A stretch of DNA of 59,989 bases, filler included, from Sphacelaria rigidula (GCA_964200075.2; 8 parts of 8 records of this genome joined end to end with filler, not necessarily neighbours in it), one strand, 5' to 3'. Shown: positions 45,180-58,626, numbered from the whole stretch's first letter. The notes: generated from the letters alone by a model not told the origin. Numbers and translations: made by a program.

Positions 45180-48100
45180 CGCCTATAATGTGACCACGGC
45201 TGGATCCACAACCCAGTCTAACAGTCTCGTAGGACTCGTCCAGTCCCTGCCCACGAGACGCTCCTACGCCCCGTGGCACCCAACCGAGTAAGAAGTCAGT
45301 ACCCGCGCGGCCACCGTCCTGAGTGAGGTGCAACGTAACTGCTGTCTGCGGATCTTCTTCATATCCAAGTTGAACAATATTTACCGTATAGTTAGAAACG
45401 CGCTGTGTCGGGACGATGGCATATACGGTATAATTTTTCACGTTTTCATCAAAAAGATACAACAGGCTGTGCCTTCGTTGCTGCACTTCGTTCACACTAT
45501 GACATTCGCAAAGCAAGGCCAAAAACACGAGCAAGGCCAAAAACACGGGGGGGGCGGTGGTTCTGCACTCTCCGTGTGGGGCGCTATGCAACAGTTCCGT
45601 ACAACAGATAGTAACGACAGAAAAAACGCCACATCCATTCGCTTTGGCACCACGATCTCCGGAATCACATGGTAAAAAATCTCAGTGCTCTAAAATATGT
45701 TGGTGTTGGTATATAGTGTACTGGTGTTGTGCCAAAAGAACACGATCGACGGAACGGTCCATGACATATCACAGTTTCTTCGATAAAAAGATCACACACG
45801 CGCACAAGGGGCTCAAGTGCTCAGCACGCGGGGTGCCACGGGGAGCGGGTAGGGGGTGATATCTACCATCATAGACATGAAAACTTATAATGGTTGACAT
45901 GTTCTTCGAGTGTGTGTGCCTGTGTGGTCGCACTTTCAGCTGGATTCTGGATTCTGTACCGTGGAGTATTTCAAATCGAGTGTCTGTTTAGAACGGAAAA
46001 ATATACCCAAGAACTACTGCACTGACCGCTCCTTGCAGGCAAGCTCAAACTGCGCTCTGAAATAGCTCTCCGACGAGGATGAGGAATTGCTTTTGTTCTT
46101 CATGGCTCCACCGTCGCTTGCCGAAGACCTCTACAGTGATGAGATCGGGAAAAACTGCCCAGTAGTGTTTTTGTGTTTTTCATTATTTTATGTTTATTTT
46201 CATACCCGCGGTCATAACGAAAACTTTAAAGATGGCGAAATGCCCCCACATTTCCCTCTGGAATCGATGCTGAACTCTTGATCCAGGTTTATTCCTGAAG
46301 AAATATGTTTGTACATTCTTTGGCGGAAAAAGTCAGAGAAAGCCTTAATTTAGATGTCCATTCGTTTATGAGCGGGGCTCACAGAAGTAATAACAACAAG
46401 CGTCTGCAGGCACGAGCGGAACATGACCGCAGCTGATCCGCGTCGCTCAAGATGCAAGAACTGTGCATTCTCTCTGCTTTCACTCGACAGAGCTCCAGGG
46501 AACAGATCGCCGTGGAAACTTGAAGAAGAGGAGATAGCTTCCACTGTTTATCCATTACAGCGCCTTGAATAGCACTAGCTATTTGTGGGCTGCAGTACGC
46601 CAAAAGATACATCGGAGGACCTTTCTGAACGGTATGATTTGAACGGCAACTGCAACACAGATACAAACCTGGGCATTTAGATACGCCGCATTGACGCCGG
46701 TGCCGCGCGTGGAGCGCCACAGCAAGCACCCCCATTTGCTGGCACCACGACCGTCTAGGCAACATCACCCCTAGATGCGTCCGCTTCGGCCCAGAGAATC
46801 GATGACCAGTTTTCAGGGATCCGGCGCTGGTAGTGCCGCCGACTCTACGCCAGGAGGCAGCACCAAGGATCAAGCTGATAATATCCATAATGCAGTTGGC
46901 AACAGCACGAATCAGCGGACCAAGGTTCTTGTTGACCCAGCCAAAATTAATCCCATGAGCCACCCATCTGCGATGGTAAGTATGGATTTATAGTTCGCGA
47001 GGGATTTATTGCGTCCGCTGTCCTGCAGTCAGCACGATATTCGCCATACTTTACTTTCGGCACTGTCGTATTTTACGAGGGACTTGCTGTGTCCTCCTTT
47101 TCTTCGAGTGTCGTACCGCCGCGAGCTGAGGCAGTCTACACACCCATATATCATCGATGCGGACAAATTGAGCCGCGATCCGCGCATCTTTTTGTTGATC
47201 CAACCAAGGGCAACAGCACATCTTCTCCACAGCCTAAGACACTTTTTTCTCGTTGATCAAACGCCATGTGGAGTGAATCCTGAATCCTGCATCGCACGGC
47301 GGTAGGTTCCATTCTACAGTCTATACGTATCCCGAACGATATGTATAGCGGATGATGATTTTTGGTGTGACCATCCCCTGCAGCATGAGGAAATGACTGC
47401 TCACCTTCACCTCGTTCGATGTCTAGATATTCCATAACAAACATACAGCTCCGTTTGTCGATCGCCCAGGCTGTAAATTTGGAACTCTCACCCCAGTATT
47501 GGAAGTTCAACCTTCAAATTTGGTATCGAGAATCGCTACGGCCCAAAAAACTACAATAACAAAACTTGAGACATTGAGATCTCCGTTGTCATGAGTTGAA
47601 TCTTGTTATTTGCCCTAAGTTATGAAAAAAAAAAAACGCCCCGGAGATCATTTTTTATATTGCCCCGGAGATTCCCCATACCAAATTTTGAAAGTGCAAC
47701 CCTCAAAATTGAGGTGATAATTCGCCTGCAAGTTGCAGCTCCGCTTCTGCCGCTTGCCCAGCTCATAGGCCCTGCGAGTTTGTTGGCATGGCGAATATCG
47801 ACGATCAATAACCACAATATTATTAGTGTCCCAGCGACGAAGTGCCGTAACCCTTATTTCTCCCCTGTGCCAGATCCCCAGTGAGTACTTACTTGGGTTT
47901 ATTTTTGAACCATGGCAAAACTTGTTGACAGCAATGCTTGACACAACAACGGAACACACTGGTGGCGCAAGGAATACTAGTATCGCCGCATTGATATCCA
48001 ACCACAGCTGTCAGCCGATTGTGGGTTACTCATCTGGAAATCGCGTTCGTCATGAATTGAGCCCCCTTCTTTCAAAATCATCGCTAGAAGCAGTCTGCTT

Positions 48101-49965
48101 CTGCCCATTGACCCTTTTGCCGCCGCACCTGTCAGTCGAACCATGTATGGAACCTAAAGAATGTGAAAGCACGGCAGTTTCCTCACGCTGAAAACGCCAT
48201 ATTACGCGAATGAAGGGGCTGTTGATGGGAGTACATACGCTACGTGAAGTTTCACCACAGCCAGTGTAATCAAATATAGACATTTTAGTTGCTTTTGAAA
48301 TCGGCGCCGGGTGGACACCTCGGCGGCCAAGGTCGAATGGAGCAGACGGTCCGTAACGTACATATTACGTTGCATTTGCCCAGTCTTCCCTGCCTGGTGC
48401 CAGTGCAGCCACCGGCCTGTGTTCGGGTGCTTGATGACAGCAATGTGCAACGTGGAACGGAGAAGAACAATGGAGGACCAACGAACTTTACTGTATACAA
48501 GAAGGCCACAAGATGATGTGCACCTCTTCCGTGGGACTGTCAGCCGACACTTTTGTACCGAAACAATGCGCGAGGCTCACAGGGTCAAGCTAAAGCCCGG
48601 CGACAGCCTCGTCGAAACGTGCTCATCACACGACGCCTGGGACGAGTCTGATCACTTGAGCCAGATACCATGCCGAAGAAACACGCTCCCGGACCTCAGG
48701 AAACGTGAACACAAACAACCCGTCATAGACCTCCGGACACGTACAAGGCTACAGCGACCACGGATCATATTTTTCTCACCAGAGCCTTCCCAAGAGCCGA
48801 GCTCCAAGAAGAACATTTGTGGGCATTTGCTCCAGAAACCAAGACGTTTTCGGGCCTGGTCGTGCAGTTCCGTGCATGACACGCCAAAGACGATAGTTTA
48901 ATAGAACATGCGCAACCACGCACGTGCATATCACTCCCTGGATCTGTACGAATCACTTACTGGCTCTGTGTGGGGCTGCCCGGCAGAAACGGGATGGCGA
49001 TGGCCGCACGAACAATAGAGCAGTGTCCCGGAATCCTCTGTTGGCGGAATTTGTGTGTGTGTGCTGTCGTCCCATCTATTCTGGACGCCGATCTGCACCT
49101 TTCGGTATATGCGGGCGCATCAGCCGGGGTCACAGAGGAGGAAGGTCAACACAGGAGCTTTTTCCTTTTTATTTGTTTTTAGTACCTCACCTTCCTTCTG
49201 TGGTGCTTGCCTTTATTTTTCATCGCGAGAGGGTTTCAGCAGTCCCTTTCCCTCGTCGACCGTTAAGTAGAATTTTGTGTACTCACGACATAATCGCTTT
49301 CCACTGTTGGCCATGGTGGGAGAAAAAATCCCAGATCGCTCCGAGATTTGAACCCACAACTCAACCGTCAGAGGGTTTCTGGGTTACCAACTGAGCCACC
49401 GGGGCGACCGGCTTAATATGCATGTTCTAATATGCTACGTTGCAAATGTAGGCGAGGAGTGGCGATGCTGCCGTGCGACATGCTGATGTGCTTCGTCGCT
49501 TTTTCGTGCAGTGTCTTACGCATACCCGTTGGTGGTATACGTACATACCGTGCGAGTAACAGAACTGCTTCATCCCCCGGCACTGCAATCGTTGAACACC
49601 CAGGCTATGGAAGCTGTTTTCACCTGTGGATATAAAATAATTCCGTATACAAGGCGGTATATGGGTTCAGCGCTGACAAGGCTGTTACCACCCGTATCCC
49701 ATACGTCTTGATTCTTCGGGCTGAAGCCACAGATCAGAACGGCCCTGAGCACAATAGCCGTGATGCGTGAAATCACCCACAAGCAATGGGTTTTCAAACT
49801 GTCGCCTGCAGGCTGGTCGCCTTCTGTGTTAAGCCTCGTGTGGGGTGTGCTCCCAACTGATAATACAATGAGTTGGTGGTGAGAATCATCAAGGATGACA
49901 TCGTGACAAAATCCAGAGCGTTGTCCGTCTTGGTTGGCTACACTCGTTTTGATTCCGCAGATCAT
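45180..49965 (-). pseudogene. decayed multi-exon gene of unknown family
   Basis: AG/GT-bounded segments with several matching phases: ~47894-48033 (...QQVLPWFKNKP) to ~47405-47511 (KLNFQYWGESSKFTAWAIDKRSCMFVMEYLDIERGE) to ~47144-47286 (GFRIHSTWRLINEKKVS*); ~46768-46967 (HGINFGWVNKNLGPLIRAVANCIMDII); ~46384-46543 to ~46027-46130; ~45180-45402. Confidence 0.4.
49052..49412 (-). mobile_element. full-length tRNA-derived SINE, family T1, (CA)n tail
   Basis: A box TGGCTCAGTTGG, anticodon-like arm ACC-CTCTGAC-GGT (CTG, Gln-like), B box GGTTCAAATC; ~360 bp; other copies at 7177, 10048 and 29880. Confidence 0.88.
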
Positions 49966-50136
49966 CTTTCAGATTTCCACACGACGCAGCAGAGCGCGCT
50001 TGTCTTGCATCGCAGGGTGAATATGCTTTTCACTGTGCATATTGTATATTGGTCTGCGCTGTCGTACCATTGATGCGCCACATACTGCACTGTGGCAACC
50101 GGAGTAGAGGCGAATTTCACACAGCCACCCCCGTCC

Positions 50137-50200
50137 CTCCGTCCCGAAAGGGATGCATGGTCAATGGTCGAAAGACTAGGGTAAGCAACAAATGAATACG
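50137..50200 (+). mobile_element. LINE 3'-end fragment followed by poly(C)
   Basis: CGAAAGGGATGCATGGTCAATGGTCG...GCAACAAATGAATACG. Confidence 0.8.
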
Positions 50201-50218
50201 TCCCCCCCCCCACCTCCC

Positions 50219-50702
50219 CCATGGGGTTGGCGTCGGTTGGCAATGACGCTGTAAAACACGCCACTCACTGAGTCAGCTAGGCGACCCTGTCACCGATTTG
50301 TTGCGGTATTCATGATGGTGATCGAGCTTGATCATATTATGCGCGTGACAAAACCTCAACTTCGCACAAAGCGGGTGGTCGTACTACGTAGTGTTTGAAT
50401 GGTGAGACATCCAAGAGGCAGTGTCTAAGCCGTGGCTGTCTCTGGAAGTGATCATACCAAAAAATGAACCAACTTATCGGAGGCTGTCATCCGAATGCAA
50501 GATAATCGGTACGCTTCGGGCCGAACAATCTCAGCAGGATGCAGCTCACCCTTCATGCGCCTCGCTGAACCCACCACGGCGCTTCAAGCTTGGTGATTAG
50601 TTGCGAGTCTGGTCCGGCGAAAACCCGGCGTGCTCCGTCCTGGCTTTGTAGGGATGCGAGATCAATGATCTTATGACTATGGCATGCAAGATCATCAGTA
50701 CA
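50219..50702 (+). mobile_element. full-length SINE-C (~480 bp)
   Basis: Colinear with 30821-31289; starts in the C tract left by the preceding LINE fragment and is followed by (CACACACC)n. Confidence 0.88.
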
Positions 50703-50869
50703 CACACCCACACACCCACACACCCACACACCCGTCTCTCCCCCCTCTCCATTTTCCCCCTCGCGCAAGTGTCGAAAATGGCGTCTATTATCTTTCCAAC
50801 ACCTAGCAACAAAATCCCGCGGGGTGGTTGCAACCCTCGTTTAAATTCTTCCTGCTCTTTCTCTTTTTT

Positions 50870-51305
50870 GTCGGGACGGCGCGCCACGGCACGGGAACGG
50901 GGACGGGGACGGGGACGGGCGGCGCGGGGGAACGGGGGGACGGGCGACGTGGAACGGCTCACCGCGCAGTCGCAAAACGAACGCAAAATCGCGGAACAAG
51001 AGCGAAAAGGAAGAGAACGCGCCAAGAAGGAGAAGGAAGCGAGAGAACGGGAGGAGAAGAAACGAGACATGCGTGAGACATGGGCAAAACAAGAAGAAAA
51101 AGGAAGGGAATTGCAACGAGAGCTCATGATGCTGCAAGAAGTAAAGGCTAAGAAGACCGCCGACGCTCTGGAGATGACCAAGGCCGCGGATCCACGGGAG
51201 CAAGAGGCGTCCACGGCCGTCACGTCCCTGAGCTACAGCATGTACGCTAATGTCGTTGAGAAAGAGGAGGCCGCGGCTGAGAAATTCAAGAGTCGAAAGC
51301 GGCAG
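50870..51305 (+). CDS. isolated exon encoding a charged coiled-coil segment
   Basis: Open frame ERKIAEQERKGRERAKKEKEAREREEKK...AEKFKSRKRQ ending at CAG|GTAATG; 5' boundary and other exons unclear. Confidence 0.45.
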
Positions 51306-52479
51306 GTAATGCAAGGAGTACGTACGTACGTACAAACGTACGTACTGTGTGGATGGACGCGTGACTGGAACATGACACGACCGCATGGTGTTTATTTTTC
51401 CGTGTATTTTTTTCACCTTTGGGTACATGAATATGAAGACTGTCACGGCTGCTTGAATCGTAGCGAATGAATAATATACTAGGCAATCCGATTGTACGAA
51501 GCGGTCTATTGTAAAAGGCCCTTTTGTAACGATGGTGGCGTCGGTGTGATTCCCCATCGCCGTGCCCACGTCCCAACGCTGGTGGCTTCAGTACTTCTAG
51601 CCGGCGATATTGTTTTTGACGCGCAGCCTCGAGCCCGAGGAGGGGATCAACAGTGTTCAGCGCGTGTAGTCTTGGTGGGAAACAGCCGAGGGGGCTCCGA
51701 CAAACACGGCTCCCACGTACATGTGCATATTCGGGCTTACAGCACGAGCCCTTCCCCCCTTCCCGCCGTTTGATGGGTTTGATTGGTTGTCGCACATTGG
51801 CTGATCCCCGAGGTTTCCAGCCATGATCACAAGATAGACGGAACCAAGAAAAAAAACGGGAAGATTCCCCTTGTAGAGAGCACCTTCCTCACGTTCCTGA
51901 AGTTCTACAGGTCTGGTCCCCTAAGCTGTCTGCTCGAAGAGGTCTTCCTCCATTCAGCGGCCCGCTCGCCAGCTGACCCCGCCCATAAGAAGAGGTCATT
52001 CTCAGCCCCAAGCAATCGGCGTGTGTTCTGCAGTTCACCCACGCACCCTAGGCTCTACAAGTAGAGCACGAGCACAGCCCTCACGGTAGCCGGCCTGTCC
52101 GTGGAAGGCATCACAGCGTTACTGTATCAGCTGTTGTACAGTAGAGAGAACTCGAGAGGGAGGATATATTAAGGAAAGATGGAACAAACGAGCAGAATGA
52201 AATTGAAAAAACGAGGAACATGAACGAGAAAACGAAATGAGGGAAGATCGAGAGGAAACGAAACGAAACGAAACGAGAAGACGATGGACAAAAAAAAGGC
52301 CGAGGTAAATCGGTACGTGAGGAGGCAGTTCAGGCCACGTTGTTCTCGAGAGTAACTGCGCACGTCTTAAGATTTAGTTCTCGACACGACACCAAAAAAC
52401 TAGTGACGAGGAATGGTTTCGCACAAGGGGAAAACTCTGCCAGAGATGGTTTGGTGCATTAGACAGCAGGGAGAAAACG

Positions 52480-52579
52480 NNNNNNNNNNNNNNNNNNNNN
52501 NNNNNNNNNNNNNNNNNNNNNNNTTAATTAATTAANNNNNNNNNNNNNNNNNNNNNNNNNNNNNNNNNNNNNNNNNNNN
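52480..52579. other. artificial contig spacer
   Basis: N44-TTAATTAATTAA-N44. Confidence 0.98.
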
Positions 52580-53344
52580 TTCATCCGGAAACTGGTCAAA
52601 AAGAGATTTATTGCGAACAGCGTCAGCTGGGCATATCCCGCATACTGCACCGTTATCAGCATATGGGATACGACAAGCAGAAAAAAATGTTGAAAGTAGG
52701 TCATCCTTTTGCCCCCCGGTCCATGCACATGGGCTAAAGAATGAATAATTCTCCACAGCTTTTGCTGAATAGAGATCCGACACACTGATTACGATCGAGT
52801 GTATGTCCACACGCCTACGACTTTAGATACGACGCTTCCGCTCAAGACGTGGATGTTGGGGTGACGGTATATACCTCGCATATGAATCCACATTGCTTTT
52901 GAAAACCCTGAGGTCCCCAGTCTACCAAAATCACTTAACCGAGTATGCTTTTGTTTAGAGAGGGTTTTGTTTGATAGTCATGAAAATAAAAAAATATTTC
53001 AACGGTAACAAGAAATCAGGTAGTTCAATAGGCAACCTGATGCACGTCCGGGCACGATACCGTGAGTTCAATTCTCACCCCTGCCACTTCTCGACCGTTT
53101 TTTTCTGCCGGTACCATGCCCATGCTGTATTCAGTATACTGTATGCGTGCTCTAAAGGCTGCACAGCATATTAACTGCGATGAATTCTACACGGAGTGAC
53201 GAAACCCTGTGAAGCACCCTGTATGACACAAAATAATACCCTACAGTCAAATCCCCGCGAGAAACCCTGCACAGTTTCCCTGAACCCTGTAGACAACGTG
53301 CCCCACAGGGTGCTATTTGTCCACGTGCGTGTACAGAACACAAC

Positions 53345-53702
53345 CTTGAAATTTTGAGTAGATTGGATACGGCCTCATATACTCACTCAAATTTGGAGTA
53401 GATTGAATACAACCTGAAATACGCTACTCAAATTTTGCGGAAGCACTCTCAGTACTACTTGAGTATAGAGTATCACCTGGGTATGACCGCAACACTCTAC
53501 TCAAAGTTTGGGAAGATTGAGTATGACCTCAAATGCTCTACTCGATTTTGGGGTGAATTGAGCACATCAAATACTCTACTCCAATTTTGGGTTAGTACTA
53601 TCACTAATACTTGAGTACAGAGTGTCACTTGGGTATGATCTCAACACCTTACTCAAATGTATAGTTCACAAGTTTCGGGTAGATTGGGTCCGACCTCAAA
53701 TA
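53345..53702. repeat. degenerate ~40-bp tandem repeat with a higher-order ~150-bp duplication
   Basis: ACTCAAATTTTGRGTAGATTGAGTAYGACCTCAAATACTCT-like units; TACTTGAGTAYAGAGTRTCACYTGGGTATGA occurs at ~53456 and ~53608. Confidence 0.75.
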
Positions 53703-54027
53703 ATCTACAGTGGGGGCTACGATCTAAAAGCGGTCCATGTCAAATCACTTCAAGCGCTCTTATATCGGGCCTGCTCTTATCTCGATTTAACTCTTAGACA
53801 TTGACCCCCCCGCTGGAAGACTGAGTGAGACTATCCACTTTTCGGGTTCAGAATCATTCCTTTGACACGAACCAAAACGCCTATTCTACGGCGGAAGGGT
53901 CTGGGGGTGCATATGAGGCACATAGTTGTGCGAGTCATCACATAAGCGCCTGCAGACAGTGCTCTGTGGAAACCCGAGTTCGATTCTCGGATTGGTCACC
54001 ATGTCATGGTACGATACTTACCACCTG

Positions 54028-55969
54028 GGTAGGAAGATGCCAGTTCAGTGGGCACCGGGGCTAGCAGGCCCAAAGACAGTCTTTAGTATCGAAGCCATTG
54101 AGTTCGACATTATCGAGTGCAAAGTCAGACACCGCACCAGTGGTCTGGTGTCAGGCCATGAGCCGTGCAGGCTACAGCACAACGTGTGTTGCATGAAGTT
54201 CAGGCTTACATTTTGTGAAGATCAGAGAATCCTCTGAGATCGCAGTCCGTGACGGCGTAGATGCTCTTGTAGTATTGGCGTACAGGCTAACTTGTGCTTT
54301 GCTAGTTGAAATGCATAGTCCAGAACGCTGTGGCCCAAAGGGGGCCGCCAAGTCAATGCAATCAAACAATGTAGTATGACCCATCAGGTACCAAGCATGG
54401 CAAAGTATGACAAATGAAACCCAGTCGATTGGAACATGACCAATAAATCTGTAACATCCCCCTAGCCATATTTATATGGCTACACACAAATTTATTGGAG
54501 GGCTGGAAGGGCCAGAACAAAAACTAAGCCTGTGCATCATACGCCTGAAAGTAAAACGAGAAAAACCTGCTGAATTACAGTACAGGGGAAAACTCGTTGC
54601 AGATCTAATGAATGGGTAAACCCTGATAAGCAGGGGAAAACTCCATCCGTCAGGAAAGGAAAAAAATCTTTAACGCCTTTTCCAACCACAGAAACAGCAG
54701 ACAAGTACGGTCGCTGTCGTTTTCCCGGGATCTCAGTTAGACTGGAGAACGATCGGCTAGTTAGCGTGATCGCGCGTCGACACCCTGGATCAGTTAGACT
54801 GGATTCAAGGGTAGTGCGGGGCTTACACCTCACTAAAAACAACCTTTCCGCGAACTGATCAATAGTTACGGGAGTGCAGCTCTTGAGGGGTGCTCTTCTG
54901 TGACTACCGATACCTACTCTACTGGAAATAGAGCCTACGCGCCTTGGCTCACACATGTGCCCGTATATCACCAAATGGGAAGCAATCGATAACAAAGCGG
55001 CACAAGAAAAAGACAAGGAACACTCGAAATTCATGACTAAAGCGTACGGTAGCAGCAATATATAGTTACATATTCCCTTATTTTACTACCGTATTCCTCT
55101 CGCAATGATATCGTGTACCCCATCACACAACAGCCATTCGTACACGTCCATGGCTGCAGTCTATTCTTTGGCTCCTCCGTTTCAGCTTGGGGCGCTAAAC
55201 TTCCAAGCGAGATGGCTGTTTCCAGTCTCCATCTTCGTATCGTACTTGCCGAAAGAATTTCCATAATCATACACGTGGTGCTTCAACTCGGCACTGATGT
55301 AGCCTTTCCAGGAGGTGGCACCTGTGGCAAAAGCTTCAAGGCATCACTACGTGGGGAAGCGGGGTGCTTCGAGTGCGATGGCGGGGTCGAAGAAACTGTG
55401 AGGTGATACAAGTGCAACAGGCTCATGACGCAGTATGGAGCAATGGGTTGTGGGAAAATATATGAGGAACTGTGATCAAAGGGAGGGTGTGGGCGATTAA
55501 GACGAAAGAAATGTGCCAAAAGTGCGACGGTGCTAGACAGGGGAATATCGAAATGTTTTGATATTTTTGAAGGAGTCGCACCAGGATGTACGTTATCACC
55601 CTCTCTAACCGAGGTATTCTTTGATGACCTGCGACAAGCATGAGACATGGCAAAGCAAGGGGTGAAAATGATGAAACAACTGGAAACAGTGCGGCTTACA
55701 GCAGCTAAGGGAATTACTTGGATGCTCGAAACAAATAGGTACGCCCCCCCCCCTTTTGAAGTCTTTCCCTTTTCCCCACCCGTCAGTGCCTGAAACAACG
55801 TGGATCTCGATATAGAAGGGACTTCTTGCTATTGAGACAGTGGTGGTACGGGTATAATGTTTACGGCCAGTCCAGAGCTCGAAAGGGAATGTACCAGACG
55901 ATAGCATGGCGTCAGGTCGTCGGGTAGGGTACGATTGCGCAAGAGTGTGCGTGAAACGTACTATCTCTG
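54028..55969 (-). pseudogene. decayed multi-exon gene of unknown family
   Basis: Splice-bounded protein-like segments ~55791-55969 (IVRFTHTLAQSYPTRRPDAMLSSGTFPFELWTG), ~55119-55395 (SWKGYISAELKHHVYDYGNSFGKYDTK..., several stops), ~54210-54327 and ~54028-54170. Confidence 0.33.
55410..55743 (+). mobile_element. internally deleted derivative of the LINE
   Basis: 55410-55665 matches ~36062-36320; ~55678-55731 matches ~36780-36832; ends ACAAATAGGTACG followed by C10. Confidence 0.8.
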
Positions 55970-56017
55970 GGGCCAAGATTTGTACAATTATGTAACCTCT
56001 TCAGCAGCCGTCCCCCT

Positions 56018-56209
56018 AGGTACTCGAATTCTGTGAAATTGTAGACATAATAATGGCGAAAATAAAATAGGCAAGGAATGCTGAGTTGTACATTGATGCC
56101 ATGTCCTAGTTCTCGAATCCTGTGAAATTGTTGACATGATAATGGCCAAAATAAAATAGGCAAGGCATGCTGAGTTGTGCGAGAGTCTAGTTCGTATGCC
56201 ATGTCCTAG
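56018..56209. repeat. ~90-bp tandem duplication
   Basis: CTCGAATYCTGTGAAATTGT.GACAT.ATAATGGC.AAAATAAAATAGGCAAGG.ATGCTGAGTTGT...ATGCCATGTCCTAG occurs twice. Confidence 0.9.
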
Positions 56210-56862
56210 CTGAGCCACCATGCAACGACCGGATTGTGGTGGTGAAGTCTTGCTGCAGTTATACGGCACAGCAGTTCGACAGCAAAAGGAGAGCGCGCGT
56301 TCATCTACATCGTGCAACAATACTGTTGGCTTTCCTACTTGTTTAGAATATCGGTCAGCAGGGCGACTAGAATGCTACGCTCCTGGACAAACTGTCCAAG
56401 GTACCTGGTGGCTCTAGAAACGAACGTGGTTTTTCGATTGCATGGACGTGACGTCTGAGCAATTGCGTTGCAATTGGAGGGGGCTGGTTGTATGCCGGTA
56501 TTATCGATTAACAGGCTAAGGAACCTGTGACACCCTGCAGTAAAGATATATTTGGCGAACTTGGCGAATTTACTGAACATAAAATCGTGTAGTCGACAAA
56601 CTTTGCCGGGGAAAGTTGGGTGAGCAACACCTCGGTCATGAAGCTTGTGCATTTCTTTTCTGATCATGCGGCGTTCTCATGGTGGGAAACCGCGTTGTTC
56701 TGTGGCAAAGGGTGTGCACGCGAGACAACAACCAGCAAAAAATATGGAACTCGTGCTTAGCCCCCCCCCCCGAGGTGGTTCAGCGACCACATCGGCGGAA
56801 TGAGTGTCTGAAAACCATATGTAGGGTCTGTAGGAAATGTCAAAGAGACGGCATGTAGTCGC

Positions 56863-57196
56863 GCAGTCACCTTGTATGGTACGCTAGACATGAAGGGCAA
56901 AAATATGAAGCAGGGCGACTAAGTCTGCGTACTGCCCAAGTAATAACAAGACAGTGCACGAAAATATTTGGCAGTCACCTTGCGCGGTACGCTAGACATG
57001 AAGGGCAAAAAGATGAAGCAGGCCGACCAAGTCTGCGTACTGCATCAGTAATTACAAGACATTGCACGAAAATGTTTGGCAGTCACCTTGCGCGGTACGC
57101 TAGACATGAAGGGCAAAAAGATAATGCAGGGCAACTACATACGTCTGCGTACTGAATAAGTGATGACAAGGCAATCCACGGGAAGATGAGTGGCAG
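56863..57196. repeat. 108-bp tandem repeat x3
   Basis: GCAGTCACCTTG at 56863, 56971 and 57079, each followed by GGTACGCTAGACATGAAGGGCAAAAA. Confidence 0.93.
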
Positions 57197-58439
57197 CATG
57201 ATACCGAAAACCAAGTTTGAAGCACCTGAACAATGTATTATCCAACTACGGTACCGCGAAGGAACAAGGTAGTATCTAACTACGGTACAGGATGCGTCAA
57301 GAAGTCAACCTGGTGAATAGCAAACCATACAATCGATTACCAGTGTGGGATAAAATGGGGATCCTATTTAGTGGCACCGAGGTAATGACCCTGCTACCAA
57401 AATGCTATGAGAAGGTACCCGGGATTAGCTAAACCAAACCAAATTGCAAACACTCCACGCGGGAACATACCGTTATTGGCAAACCGTTCGGTGTTTCCTA
57501 CGTGTCCTCCCCAACGCAATGACGTTCAGCGCCGGCTCCCTCAGCGCGATGCGACACCCCCAGGACAAGCGTGTGGGTGAAACAAGGGCGGAAGTAATAG
57601 AGGGCGTGGTTAGTATACGTTGGAAGTCTTGGGGTACGTGAAAATATGGCTCGGTTTTATTCCACGTGACGCAGATCGAAATGTCGTGTGGCGGGCGGTA
57701 AATTCGGGTTCGGCCTTGCGAACCAGATAGATCAAACGATTACCAGCGGAATCCTGCTCAAGCATGATGAGTACAGGCAGCGCAACAGACAAGGCCCTGC
57801 AGACAGCCTGCACCCGCACGATCAAAGAAAAACATCGCGAGCGCCAAACACAACACAAAATTACCAGAACATGAAATGAAAAATAGTGCGGCGCAAAATT
57901 ATCCAGCACTCAAAATACATTCGAGGGGCTCAAAAGACACTTATGGTAGACGCGACACCCGGAGATGCAGACAATATCAGTTTATAAAATGAAAGAAAAG
58001 CAAACAAGATCGACATAAAATGGAAGCTTTACTGCATGCGCATTTCGCAAATCCTCATGGCCACAATAAAAATGCAACCCCGGAAACGAAGTACATACTG
58101 ATCATGGTGGGTTGTTTTGCAATAAAACTACCGGGATGATATAGAGAATGTCTGGAACACGATCATTGCTGGTTGGGTACAGCGATGATGTTATGGCTGA
58201 CCAGGTGTAGATCAGGCGAAGGTGATACAATGCACGCAACAATGACAAAACAAAAACTGTGCGATCAGATCGAAGCAAGGTTATGAAGAACATGAGGGCG
58301 GAAAATGCACGTGCACATGACAACATACAATGCGATAGTGAGCGAGAAAGGTACATCGGACAGTAGGCGGTAGAGGCAAAAACAGCACAACAAGCGGGAC
58401 AATGACAGCCAACCAGGGTAGCAGGAAATACGGTGGAAA

Positions 58440-58537
58440 CAGCAGCAGCAGCAACAACAACATACAACAACAGCAACAGCAACAGTCGTAATAGGCAACA
58501 GCAACAGTCGTAATAGGCAACAACAGCAGAAAACAGA

Positions 58538-58598
<61 letters not shown>

Positions 58599-58626
58599 AG
58601 CAGCAGCAGCAGCAGCAACGACAACA
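58440..58626. repeat. compound (CAG)n/(CAA)n microsatellite
   Basis: ~19 pure CAA units from 58541, flanked by CAG/CAA mosaics. Confidence 0.95.

Noticed and set aside
46794-46975. Plus-strand exon with ATG|GTAAGT donor
   Set aside because: It overlaps a more protein-like minus-strand exon belonging to a phase-consistent series, and has no plus-strand partner exons
56863-57196. Cys/His-rich zinc-binding repeat protein (EsV-1-7-like)
   Set aside because: Only a loose CxxH...KC resemblance, wrong spacing, and a stop in each unit in that frame
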